Assembly: GCA_038045425.1 (NCBI GenBank)
Contig: JBBSYD010000032.1
Span: 1 to 33,998 of the forward strand
Source: Nanobdellota archaeon
Lineage (GTDB): Archaea > Nanobdellota > Nanobdellia > Pacearchaeales > GW2011-AR1
Length of the DNA: 33,998 bases
Direction: 5' to 3'
The notes beneath the pieces are model-generated. The model was not told where the DNA came from. It saw only the letters and a program-made list of their open reading frames with translations, and searched no databases. The position numbers and the translations under genes are program-made. Positions 8,838 through 16,312 of this stretch are shown here, one piece after another (the first letter of the stretch is position 1; every line of letters starts with the position of its first letter).

Positions 8838-9166
8838 TGGAATCTTTTGACAAAATAATGATTGGACTAATCGGATTCACCTTAGGAGCATTAGGAATTC
8901 TTAAAACAATAGATTATGTGGCAAAATTGGGCGAGCCACAAACTATAGTTTCAACAGATCTTAATGGAGATGGAGTTAAAGATTTAGTTATTTATGGAAA
9001 TCGCTCTTGGGATTCTAGAGGGAAAATATTTATCGGAAATACAAATGGAACTTATGCTCCTTGGAAAAGTTATAGATCTAATTTAGTTAATCAGACTAGA
9101 GAAGGAGTGGAGAAGCTTGAGAGAGAAGTTGAGTCTAGAGTGAAGGGATTGGAGGGAAGACAATGA
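8837..9166 (+). CDS. small membrane-anchored protein with DxNxDG loop, array paralog P2
   Basis: TM helix, DLNGDGVKD, NTNGTY, ends GLEGRQ; start re-called at the TAATG overlap at 8837. Confidence 0.75.
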   Translation: MESFDKIMIGLIGFTLGALGILKTIDYVAKLGEPQTIVSTDLNGDGVKDLVIYGNRSWDSRGKIFIGNTNGTYAPWKSYRSNLVNQTREGVEKLEREVESRVKGLEGRQ

Positions 9167-9750
9167 GTCTTCAATTTAAACTCGGGGGACAAGAAGATAT
9201 TCCACAAGTAAAAGAACTTTTGGGAAGAAATTTATATTTAGGTATTCCTATGGGGCAGAGAGCAAATAATGGCTTTTTGAGATATGATATTGAACCTGAA
9301 GTTTTTGATAGATGTGCAAGAGAAGGAAATTTAGTTGTAGCTAGAAATGAAAGAGAACTTGCAGGATATATGGTTTGTTTTACAAAAGAACAAAGCATGA
9401 ACAATCCATTCTTTTCTGAATTTTTAAGAAATGCACAAGAAATGGAATTTGAAGGTAAAAAAATTAGCAATTTGAATTTTGTAATTTACGCACAAGTTTG
9501 TATAGATAAAAGATTTAGACATCAGGGAACGTTAGCAGGGCTTCATAGAACTATGAGAGATATTCAAAGAGAAAAATATGATATTGGAATTAGTGAAATA
9601 GATCAAGAAAATGCTGTTTCATGGAATGCTAATATAAAAAGAGCAGGAGTTATTCATGTGGGAAATTATGCAGCAAGTAGTGGAGCAAACTGGAGAGTTG
9701 TTGTTTTGAATTTACATAAGAAGTTACCATTTGATGAGGGAAGACAATGA
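9163..9750 (+). CDS. GNAT-family acetyltransferase
   Basis: LAGY strand, QVCIDKRFRHQG acetyl-CoA-binding motif A, EIDQEN..S. Confidence 0.8.
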   Translation: MSLQFKLGGQEDIPQVKELLGRNLYLGIPMGQRANNGFLRYDIEPEVFDRCAREGNLVVARNERELAGYMVCFTKEQSMNNPFFSEFLRNAQEMEFEGKKISNLNFVIYAQVCIDKRFRHQGTLAGLHRTMRDIQREKYDIGISEIDQENAVSWNANIKRAGVIHVGNYAASSGANWRVVVLNLHKKLPFDEGRQ

Positions 9751-10754
9751 GCATCGATATTGTAATATTAGGTACGGAAAAGGGAAGTAAAGTTGTTCCG
9801 CTTGCTGAAATTGCTCAGAAATTTGGAAAAGCGGAGGATGTAAAGAGTTTAGAGAGATGTGGAACAACTAATTTGTATAGATTTGCAGAGGGGGAGAGTT
9901 TAGAGTCAAAGGCGACTGAAATTGTTAGAGGATTTTTAGATATTCCTGAAATACAAATCAAGCCGTCTGGATTATCTCCACCAGAACAAAACATTTCTGG
10001 AATATTTTCTAGTGTTGCATGTACTACTAGTGATTATCAAATGCCTGGGCTAGCAAGAAGTGTAGGACATAATCTTGGACTTTCAGGAATACCTATGATT
10101 AATTTGAGTATGGGTTGTGCTGGAGGAATGCATGCTCTTCAAATGGCTTACAATCAGTTAGTTGTTGATTCTGTTAATGGAAAAAGAGCAAATTATGTTG
10201 TTATAGCTGGAGATCATACTTCTAGAGTGTTGGATAAGGAAGCTTGGGATACTGCGGGAATATTTAGTGATGGAGTTGCTGCTGCACTTGTAAGTAATTA
10301 TGTTCCTGGGCCGTTTAGTATTAAGAAAATAGGAAGTACTAATCTTGAAGGAGATATTCATTCTATGAGAATTGATTCTAAAGAGAAAATATTTAGAATG
10401 GATGGAGGAAAGGTTTTTGATTTTGCTACTAAAAAAGTATTTCCTGCCGCATTAGGATTATTAGGATTAGAGAAATTACCTGAAAATGTTTATTTTATTC
10501 CTCATCAAGCAAGTGGAGCAATTCTTGACGGGATGAGAAGAAGACATAAAATACCTACAGAACAATTTTATTCTGATGGAATTAAAAGAGAGGGAAATAT
10601 TCCTGCCGCTTCTGTTTATTTTGGATTGCTTGATGCTGAAAACAAAGAGCTTTTTGGATATAAAGACGTAATTCTTTGTGGTTTTGGTGCTGAACTTGCG
10701 GTTAGTGCGGTATATTTGAAAAATAATTTGAATGGAGGAAGTGAAAATGAATAA
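9747..10754 (+). CDS. 3-oxoacyl-ACP synthase III (FabH)-like condensing enzyme
   Basis: Cys-His-Asn triad: MGCAGG, IPHQAS, GNIPAASV; FSDGVAA; FRMDGGKVF; GFGA. Confidence 0.85.
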   Translation: MSIDIVILGTEKGSKVVPLAEIAQKFGKAEDVKSLERCGTTNLYRFAEGESLESKATEIVRGFLDIPEIQIKPSGLSPPEQNISGIFSSVACTTSDYQMPGLARSVGHNLGLSGIPMINLSMGCAGGMHALQMAYNQLVVDSVNGKRANYVVIAGDHTSRVLDKEAWDTAGIFSDGVAAALVSNYVPGPFSIKKIGSTNLEGDIHSMRIDSKEKIFRMDGGKVFDFATKKVFPAALGLLGLEKLPENVYFIPHQASGAILDGMRRRHKIPTEQFYSDGIKREGNIPAASVYFGLLDAENKELFGYKDVILCGFGAELAVSAVYLKNNLNGGSENE

Positions 10755-11097
10755 TAAAAGAGAAGATATGCAATTTATTCCTACCTGGCCGTACGGAATA
10801 CTTTTAGCGTTGGCATTAGTTGCAAATGTGTTTCATAGAATAGGTTATAAAAAAGGACTAAAAGCAGGAGAAATTGTTCTGGTTAAAGAAGATAATTATA
10901 ATAATGAAGGACTAAAGAATATTATAGTACATAGCGAAATTGGAAGAACTTATCGTTTTATTAGAAACACAAATGGAGAGTACCTCCCTTGGGAATATTA
11001 CCGAACTTTACCTGAGAGCGATGGGAGCGAGAAAGTTGAACGACTTGAGAGAGAAGTTGGGTCTAATGCCTTGCAAAGAGTGGAGGGAAGACAATGA
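10747..11097 (+). CDS. small membrane-anchored protein, array paralog P3 (DxNxxG loop)
   Basis: TM helix, DNYNNEGLKN, NTNGEY.PW, LEREV, ends EGRQ; start re-called after GGAGG at 10747. Confidence 0.7.
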   Translation: MNNKREDMQFIPTWPYGILLALALVANVFHRIGYKKGLKAGEIVLVKEDNYNNEGLKNIIVHSEIGRTYRFIRNTNGEYLPWEYYRTLPESDGSEKVERLEREVGSNALQRVEGRQ

Positions 11098-11507
11098 AAA
11101 CTTCAAAGTTTAATGGAATTGAAGTAATCGCTTTTAATTATGAAACTCATTTTGAGGGATTAAAAACAGGAGATTTAATTCTTTACCCTCAATTGACCGC
11201 GTCAGACTTTTCTGATTCGGCTAAATTAGATGGAGACCCTATGCGTATGAATGGAGTACATCAAATTGCAATAAATTTTAATGATTTATGCATTGCAGTT
11301 ATAACAAAAAAACAAGGAAACTTTGTTGACTACTTAGCTACAAGACTTAATGGAAGCACTAAAAATGGTACATTATGCCTAGACTATGGACTTAATGGAA
11401 CTGCAATTCTTCATAGAGAAAGCGAAGGAAAACTAGTACTTTACTGTAGCAAGCCTAAATCAGAAATTGTGCAAAGATTAACAAATGAATCGGAGGGAAG
11501 ACAATGA
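11094..11507 (+). CDS. hypothetical protein
   Basis: 137-aa ORF bounded on both sides by the 15-bp junction motif; no visible similarity to P1-P4. Confidence 0.7.
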   Translation: MKTSKFNGIEVIAFNYETHFEGLKTGDLILYPQLTASDFSDSAKLDGDPMRMNGVHQIAINFNDLCIAVITKKQGNFVDYLATRLNGSTKNGTLCLDYGLNGTAILHRESEGKLVLYCSKPKSEIVQRLTNESEGRQ

Positions 11508-11965
11508 ATTGGAATAAGGCTTTAGTTCTGGGTGCATTAGGATTTAGCTTTGTGACTGGAATAATTATTGGAGACCGAGTTCGGTATTTAGCAATTAATA
11601 AAGCAAATGAATCATCCTACTCTTTAGGATATCATCAAGGAGTAAGAGACTCTGTTCCAACACATATATTCTCAGAAGAGGTGAATAAAGACGGAATTAA
11701 AGATTTAGTTGTTTACAGCAGGGCATATACAAATGGCTCTGCGATATATATAGGAAGCACAAATGGAACATTTGAGAGCTTTGATGAATATAAGGAAAAA
11801 GTTCTAAGAGAATATAAATTTAAAGTAGAGAATCTTGAAGCGGAACTAAACTCCATACAAAGAAAAGTAGGAAGTGGGATATATGAGTCTAAATTAAGAG
11901 AAAATATGAAAGAGCCTTCTGAGTGGCAGGCAATAGAGAGGCCTGAATCTGGAGGGAAAAGATGA
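11504..11965 (+). CDS. small membrane-anchored protein, array paralog P4
   Basis: TM helix, EVNKDGIKDLVVY, STNGTF, C-terminal charged helix; ends in the degenerate junction. Confidence 0.7.
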   Translation: MNWNKALVLGALGFSFVTGIIIGDRVRYLAINKANESSYSLGYHQGVRDSVPTHIFSEEVNKDGIKDLVVYSRAYTNGSAIYIGSTNGTFESFDEYKEKVLREYKFKVENLEAELNSIQRKVGSGIYESKLRENMKEPSEWQAIERPESGGKR

Positions 11966-11982
11966 ATGAAAATAATAAAATC

Positions 11983-12159
11983 TTATCTAATTTGAAAATC
12001 AAGTCCTGAAATTTGTTGATCTGATTCTCTTGATGAGAATTTATTTTTGATTGCATCGCCAATTGCCTTATACATTAAATTCTTGTGAGGCCATGCCTTA
12101 ATCAACAATTTATAATCTCTGATTAATTCTTCTGAAAATCGTGGTGTTTTTGAAGTCAT
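11983..12159 (-). pseudogene. 58-aa ORF, probable truncated N-terminus of a class I methyltransferase paralog
   Basis: Translated by hand: MTSKTPRFSEELIRDYKLLIKAWPHKNLMYKAIGDAIKNKFSSRESDQQISGLDFQIR; aligns by eye with the N-terminus of 12165-12911 and stops at the motif I position. Confidence 0.5.
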
Positions 12160-12164
12160 TTTAT

Positions 12165-12911
12165 CTATTCTATAGTCTCCAAATAAGATTTACTTCTTGT
12201 ACTTGCAACATAAACAGCTTCCGTGTGTCTACGAAATACTCTCTGTACATCTAAAAATCCAGTAACTTCTAGTCTGTTAGTAAATTCACTTTCTTTTAGA
12301 ATCAAGTCATCTTGATTATCCCTTAGATAATGCTGCTCCCAATAAGTTCTTAATTCTGGTTTGCCTATTCTATCAAATTTCTTAAACTGTTCCATTTGCC
12401 AGGCTAAACTTTTCTCATGTGCCTTGGGATCATCTTGGGCTATTTTATCTGCATTGATGAATAACTTGTCTACTCCGAGTGCACAATAGACTGCATTTAT
12501 TAATGAATCCCGTTTGGTTCTAGGTAAATTATGAATCATAAATGCAGTTACAATTGCATCATATTTTGCTCTTAATGTTCTACAAGCTTCTTCTGCATCC
12601 AACTCAAAAAGGTTTACTCTTCCAGCTAAATTTTGTTTTCTTAACTTGCTACCTATTTGTACAATCATATTATTCTCGTTGTCTACTGCATCGACAATTA
12701 TTCGAGGGTCTGCGTTAAGAATAATCTCAGTAGTAATTCCGGTACCGCATCCAAGTTCAAGAACTCTAAAAGTTGAATCATCTCTTTTTTCAAACCGTTC
12801 GGTCAATATTCGACCTATAACTTTCTCAGCCATTCTTGCCGGTCCAAAAGCAGTTCGATAAACTAAGTCATATTCCAAACTTTCAGAACCTGAAAATCTT
12901 TTTTCAATCAT
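12165..12911 (-). CDS. class I SAM-dependent methyltransferase
   Basis: VLELGCGTG motif I, AVDN, YDAIVTAFMIHNL, FINAD. Confidence 0.9.
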   Translation of the reverse strand: MIEKRFSGSESLEYDLVYRTAFGPARMAEKVIGRILTERFEKRDDSTFRVLELGCGTGITTEIILNADPRIIVDAVDNENNMIVQIGSKLRKQNLAGRVNLFELDAEEACRTLRAKYDAIVTAFMIHNLPRTKRDSLINAVYCALGVDKLFINADKIAQDDPKAHEKSLAWQMEQFKKFDRIGKPELRTYWEQHYLRDNQDDLILKESEFTNRLEVTGFLDVQRVFRRHTEAVYVASTRSKSYLETIE

Positions 12912-13618
12912 TTTTTAGGCCCCTCTAATATCGTAATAAAATCACCCATATTATCTCTCGCAAATCTTGGCCAAGATCTAGTAGTTGTGATCTTGTTGTG
13001 AAAATATTTCTGCATCAAAGGAAGTCGTTTAGCAAGAGAGGTCTTAAACTCTCCATCTGCTAAAACATCATTAGATATTATATCTGCAGTCGCCTGTATA
13101 ACGTCATCTGGAGCACCATTTTTTATTGTCTCTTTAAGATATTCATATCCCAATCTAGCAGCTTCTAATTTTCTTTCCTTCTCAGTTGAATAATCTCCTA
13201 TATAACAGTCAGAGAGTATTGCAGTTCCTGAAGGATTAAGCCAGTAGGCCATCCTCTGGATTACTTCCTCTTGTCTTTTATAGGGAATATGATGCAAAGC
13301 GCCAGTACATGCAATTACATCAAAATGTTCGGCAGATCCATATTCGAGGACATCTTTTAACTGAAAATTATGTTCTGGATATTTTTGTCTTGCATGTTTG
13401 ATATACTCTGGATCTATGTCAACGCCTTGTAAAGATAAGTCGGGTCTAGTCCTTGAAACAAGCCCTAACAAATATCCTGGTCCACACATCAAATCCAAGA
13501 CAGTTCCACTTTTAGGAGCATGCCTAGTTATTATACCCACAACTCTATGTATTGAATCTCTGTAGGGCATGAACTCAAGCTCTCGCTCATAAGTCTGGGC
13601 AGGAGGAAGAGGTTTCAT
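12908..13618 (-). CDS. class I SAM-dependent methyltransferase
   Basis: VLDLMCGPG, GVDID, FDVIACTGALHHI, LNPSG. Confidence 0.9.
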   Translation of the reverse strand: MKPLPPAQTYERELEFMPYRDSIHRVVGIITRHAPKSGTVLDLMCGPGYLLGLVSRTRPDLSLQGVDIDPEYIKHARQKYPEHNFQLKDVLEYGSAEHFDVIACTGALHHIPYKRQEEVIQRMAYWLNPSGTAILSDCYIGDYSTEKERKLEAARLGYEYLKETIKNGAPDDVIQATADIISNDVLADGEFKTSLAKRLPLMQKYFHNKITTTRSWPRFARDNMGDFITILEGPKK

Positions 13619-14043
13619 TTGGTTACCTCTTTCTCATCTAAAATTTGTTGCAATCCTGAAGTTCTTAGAAATTCCCTGACTGCTTCCTGTGCAGGAATGG
13701 GCTCTTCATATGGAATATGATTAAGTCTTATTAAGTTTCTAAGCTTTATTGCGGCGAGTAAAGATTTAAACTCGCCTTCTGCCCACACGTTATGCCCATA
13801 ACTATCTTTATCTGAGTCGTATACTAATTTCACAGTAGGTTCTCCTCCAGAAAATTCTCCTATTTTTTGATAAGGATGAAATGACCTACCCGCAGGGCAG
13901 TCTTCTCTGAATATTGTCCTAGAAGAATAATCGATGCCAAAACCTAAAGATTCTAAAAATACTGGAAAAGAAGGTTGTAGATTTTTAGGCATTATCCAAT
14001 TACTCCTGCATAAAACATCCATATTGAATTCAGAATCTGCCAT
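13615..14043 (-). CDS. hypothetical protein
   Basis: Start re-called at ATG 14043 just after the upstream stop, with GGAG RBS; ATGA overlap with the next gene. Confidence 0.65.
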   Translation of the reverse strand: MADSEFNMDVLCRSNWIMPKNLQPSFPVFLESLGFGIDYSSRTIFREDCPAGRSFHPYQKIGEFSGGEPTVKLVYDSDKDSYGHNVWAEGEFKSLLAAIKLRNLIRLNHIPYEEPIPAQEAVREFLRTSGLQQILDEKEVTK

Positions 14044-14044
14044 A

Positions 14045-14506
14045 TCATCTGTTCTCCTGAGAAACATTGGGGGAAGTCAATTTTTCTCCTCTCTCGCCGC
14101 CTACAGTAGATCCTTTAGATATGACATCATATCCTTTATCTCTCAAATACTCCAAATATTTTGCAGCTACAGGCCTTTTAATCGGATTAACAATACCAGA
14201 TTCATACTTGTAAAGATCTATTTCGTGAACTCTACATTCAAGTTTATCGATCAATGCTCTTCTGTTAAGCCCATCGTCCTCGCGAATTTTTCTTGCCTTT
14301 TTACCATCGAATGGTGAATGTCTAATTGTAGGTTTAGGTTTACGTGCAAGTTTCTCAAGAGAAGACAAGATAAAACTTCTTTGTTTTTCTGAATCTGACT
14401 CTAGATAACGTGTTCTTAGAATGGAATAATTTGTATCCAATAAGGATAGTTTCGCATTCATTAATTGATTCTGCAAATCATCGGATTCTATTTGTGGGGA
14501 GTCCAT
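14045..14506 (-). CDS. XRE/Cro-like helix-turn-helix protein
   Basis: IREDDGLNRRALIDKL...LYKYESGIVNP HTH pattern; start re-called at ATG 14506 after the stop of the upstream gene. Confidence 0.6.
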   Translation of the reverse strand: MDSPQIESDDLQNQLMNAKLSLLDTNYSILRTRYLESDSEKQRSFILSSLEKLARKPKPTIRHSPFDGKKARKIREDDGLNRRALIDKLECRVHEIDLYKYESGIVNPIKRPVAAKYLEYLRDKGYDVISKGSTVGGERGEKLTSPNVSQENR

Positions 14507-14507
14507 T

Positions 14508-15281
14508 CTAAAACTTCTTTGTAAGGCCAAACTCAAAAACAGAGTTATCCTTGAAAGTTCCTCCAAGTGACTTAAATGCTTTTTGGAATCTTGTTCCTGC
14601 GCTAGCTGAGAATCCTTTTCCAAGATTGTAATTTAAGCTCGCTCCACCTGCTACGGTTGTAAATCCCCTGCCATCGACAAAATAGCTATTATTGTAAGTT
14701 GCACGAGTTTCTAAAGACAAAGAAAGCCTAGTGGATATCGGAGTTAAAGGAATATTTTTAGCCGCTCTAAATTGAAACAACTGCCCATCATATGTTCCTT
14801 CACCAATCGCGTGAGCACCATATAGACTAAGATCTAATGGTAAACCTTTAGAATGTAATCCTAATCCTAAGGTGACAGATGTTGGAAACGCTTTAGTTGG
14901 AGAGCTAAATACTATTGCGTCAGGTTTTAGAGTAAGATATTTTGTTTCTATGGCTGTTGAAAAAGTATGATCTGCTTCAGTCCATCCTTTATTCAAATCG
15001 TAATTATTCCAGAAATCATAATTTAGTCTACCAACACTAAAAGAAAGATCACTAGTTATTACTGGTCCATCTGAAAGAGTGAATCCATAGGTCCCAAGAT
15101 ACTTTGAATGAAATCCAGAATTTAAAGTTACATTTTTCGGTGCTAACTCTCCTAACTGGTCTTTAATCCATGATGTCTGTGCAGGGCTATTTGTAGACTG
15201 AGCATTCGCTTGAGAGGATAATGCTGATGCAACTATAATCCCTAATGCAAAGTTAGTTATTTTTTGAGTTGTATGTTTCAT
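14508..15281 (-). CDS. secreted beta-barrel-like protein resembling TorF/Gcw_chp-type putative porins (module 2)
   Basis: Signal peptide ending ANA-Q; SKY..G...DGPV, W.N.D...E.D.T pattern; amphipathic strands; ends VFEFGLTKKF. Confidence 0.6.
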   Translation of the reverse strand: MKHTTQKITNFALGIIVASALSSQANAQSTNSPAQTSWIKDQLGELAPKNVTLNSGFHSKYLGTYGFTLSDGPVITSDLSFSVGRLNYDFWNNYDLNKGWTEADHTFSTAIETKYLTLKPDAIVFSSPTKAFPTSVTLGLGLHSKGLPLDLSLYGAHAIGEGTYDGQLFQFRAAKNIPLTPISTRLSLSLETRATYNNSYFVDGRGFTTVAGGASLNYNLGKGFSASAGTRFQKAFKSLGGTFKDNSVFEFGLTKKF

Positions 15282-15349
15282 GTTTATTTTCTAGTAACCC
15301 CTATCAAGTTACAATATAACTCGTGAAAAGATGCTATTAATATCTATTG

Positions 15350-15373
15350 ACTATTATTAATATTAATAATAGT
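15350..15373. promoter_or_regulatory. perfect 24-bp palindrome (putative operator) in the divergent promoter region
   Basis: ACTATTATTAATATTAATAATAGT is its own reverse complement; 5 bp upstream of TATA-like TTAAAAAT (15379-15386). Confidence 0.6.
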
Positions 15374-15406
15374 AAAGCTTAAAAATAGAAGAATATTGGA
15401 AGAATC

Positions 15407-16312
15407 ATGATAAGAAAGCTTATAGGTCAAGGTTTAGGGGGAATGACTATTCATTTACCTAAGAAATGGATAGAGGCATATCATTTGAGCAAAGGTGATG
15501 ACATTTATATCGATGATGCAGAAGGAAAATTAATTATTTCCCCTAAGAGCCAAAAATTAAAGAGGGAGACAACAATTAAGTTAATAGGACTTGAAGAGTC
15601 TTTAATTAGAATTCTAATAGGAAATACTTACCGCCTAGGATTCGATAAAATTGTGGTTGAATTTGAGAGCGAGAAACAATTTGAGATTTTACAAGAAGTA
15701 ATTCAGAAAAGAACTATCGGTTTTGAGATTGTAAAAAAAGAAAATAAAAAATGCATTGTAGAGAACGTTACAGAACCTTCTGAAGATCAGTTTGATAATA
15801 TCCTTCTAAAAATCTTTATGAATATTGATGAGTTATTTGAAGAAACAAGTAAGAGATTAAATCTTGTTAAAGGAGAAAAGCAGGAAAATATTGATGAGAT
15901 TGAAGATAGAATAATACGTTATGATCAATTTTGTAGAAGAATTCTTCTTAAAAAAAGATTTGAGCCAAAGTCTAGTCTGCATCTTGCATTTATACTCATG
16001 ATAATCCACGGGCAGAGAGAATTATATTACCTAACTAAAGCAGTTAGTAAAGAAAATAAGTTTTCTAAAGAGACTTTAGCCTTGTTTTCAAAGATTCTAG
16101 AATTATATCGTCTTGTAAAAGAAGCTTATCTTGCTAAAGAATCATCTCAACTAGCTCAGATAAATAAACAAGGACGAGATATAATATACAAGAAAGGATA
16201 TTCTTTAATAGAAAAAACAAAAGGAAAAGAATCTATTATAATTTATCATTTACTTGCCTGCGCTCGTAATTTTTACCAATCAGTTAGTTCTTTGAGCGGT
16301 CTTTTGCTCTGA
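15407..16312 (+). CDS. AbrB-PhoU family regulator (module 2)
   Basis: RKLIGQGLGGMTIHLPKKWI, YRLGFDKI, GFEIV; paralog of 5695-6576. Confidence 0.88.
   Translation: MIRKLIGQGLGGMTIHLPKKWIEAYHLSKGDDIYIDDAEGKLIISPKSQKLKRETTIKLIGLEESLIRILIGNTYRLGFDKIVVEFESEKQFEILQEVIQKRTIGFEIVKKENKKCIVENVTEPSEDQFDNILLKIFMNIDELFEETSKRLNLVKGEKQENIDEIEDRIIRYDQFCRRILLKKRFEPKSSLHLAFILMIIHGQRELYYLTKAVSKENKFSKETLALFSKILELYRLVKEAYLAKESSQLAQINKQGRDIIYKKGYSLIEKTKGKESIIIYHLLACARNFYQSVSSLSGLLL

Larger units (their letters stand above)
8320..11507 (+). repeat. five identical dispersed 15-bp junction repeats GAGGGAAGACAATGA
   Basis: Copies at 8320-8334, 9152-9166, 9736-9750, 11083-11097 and 11493-11507; degenerate GGAGGGAAAAGATGA at 11951-11965. 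Confidence 0.95.

Noticed and set aside
8245-9166. DGR template/variable repeat pair (several A/G mismatches between the P1 and P2 3' ends)
   Set aside because: Mismatches run in both directions and include non-adenine sites, both copies are coding, and no reverse transcriptase is in the window. The same applies to the Nudix pair.
8320-11507. Junction repeats as a CRISPR array or classical integron attC sites
   Set aside because: The repeats are 15 bp, non-palindromic and inside coding sequence, separated by whole genes; no cas genes, IntI or attC-like inverted R boxes seen.
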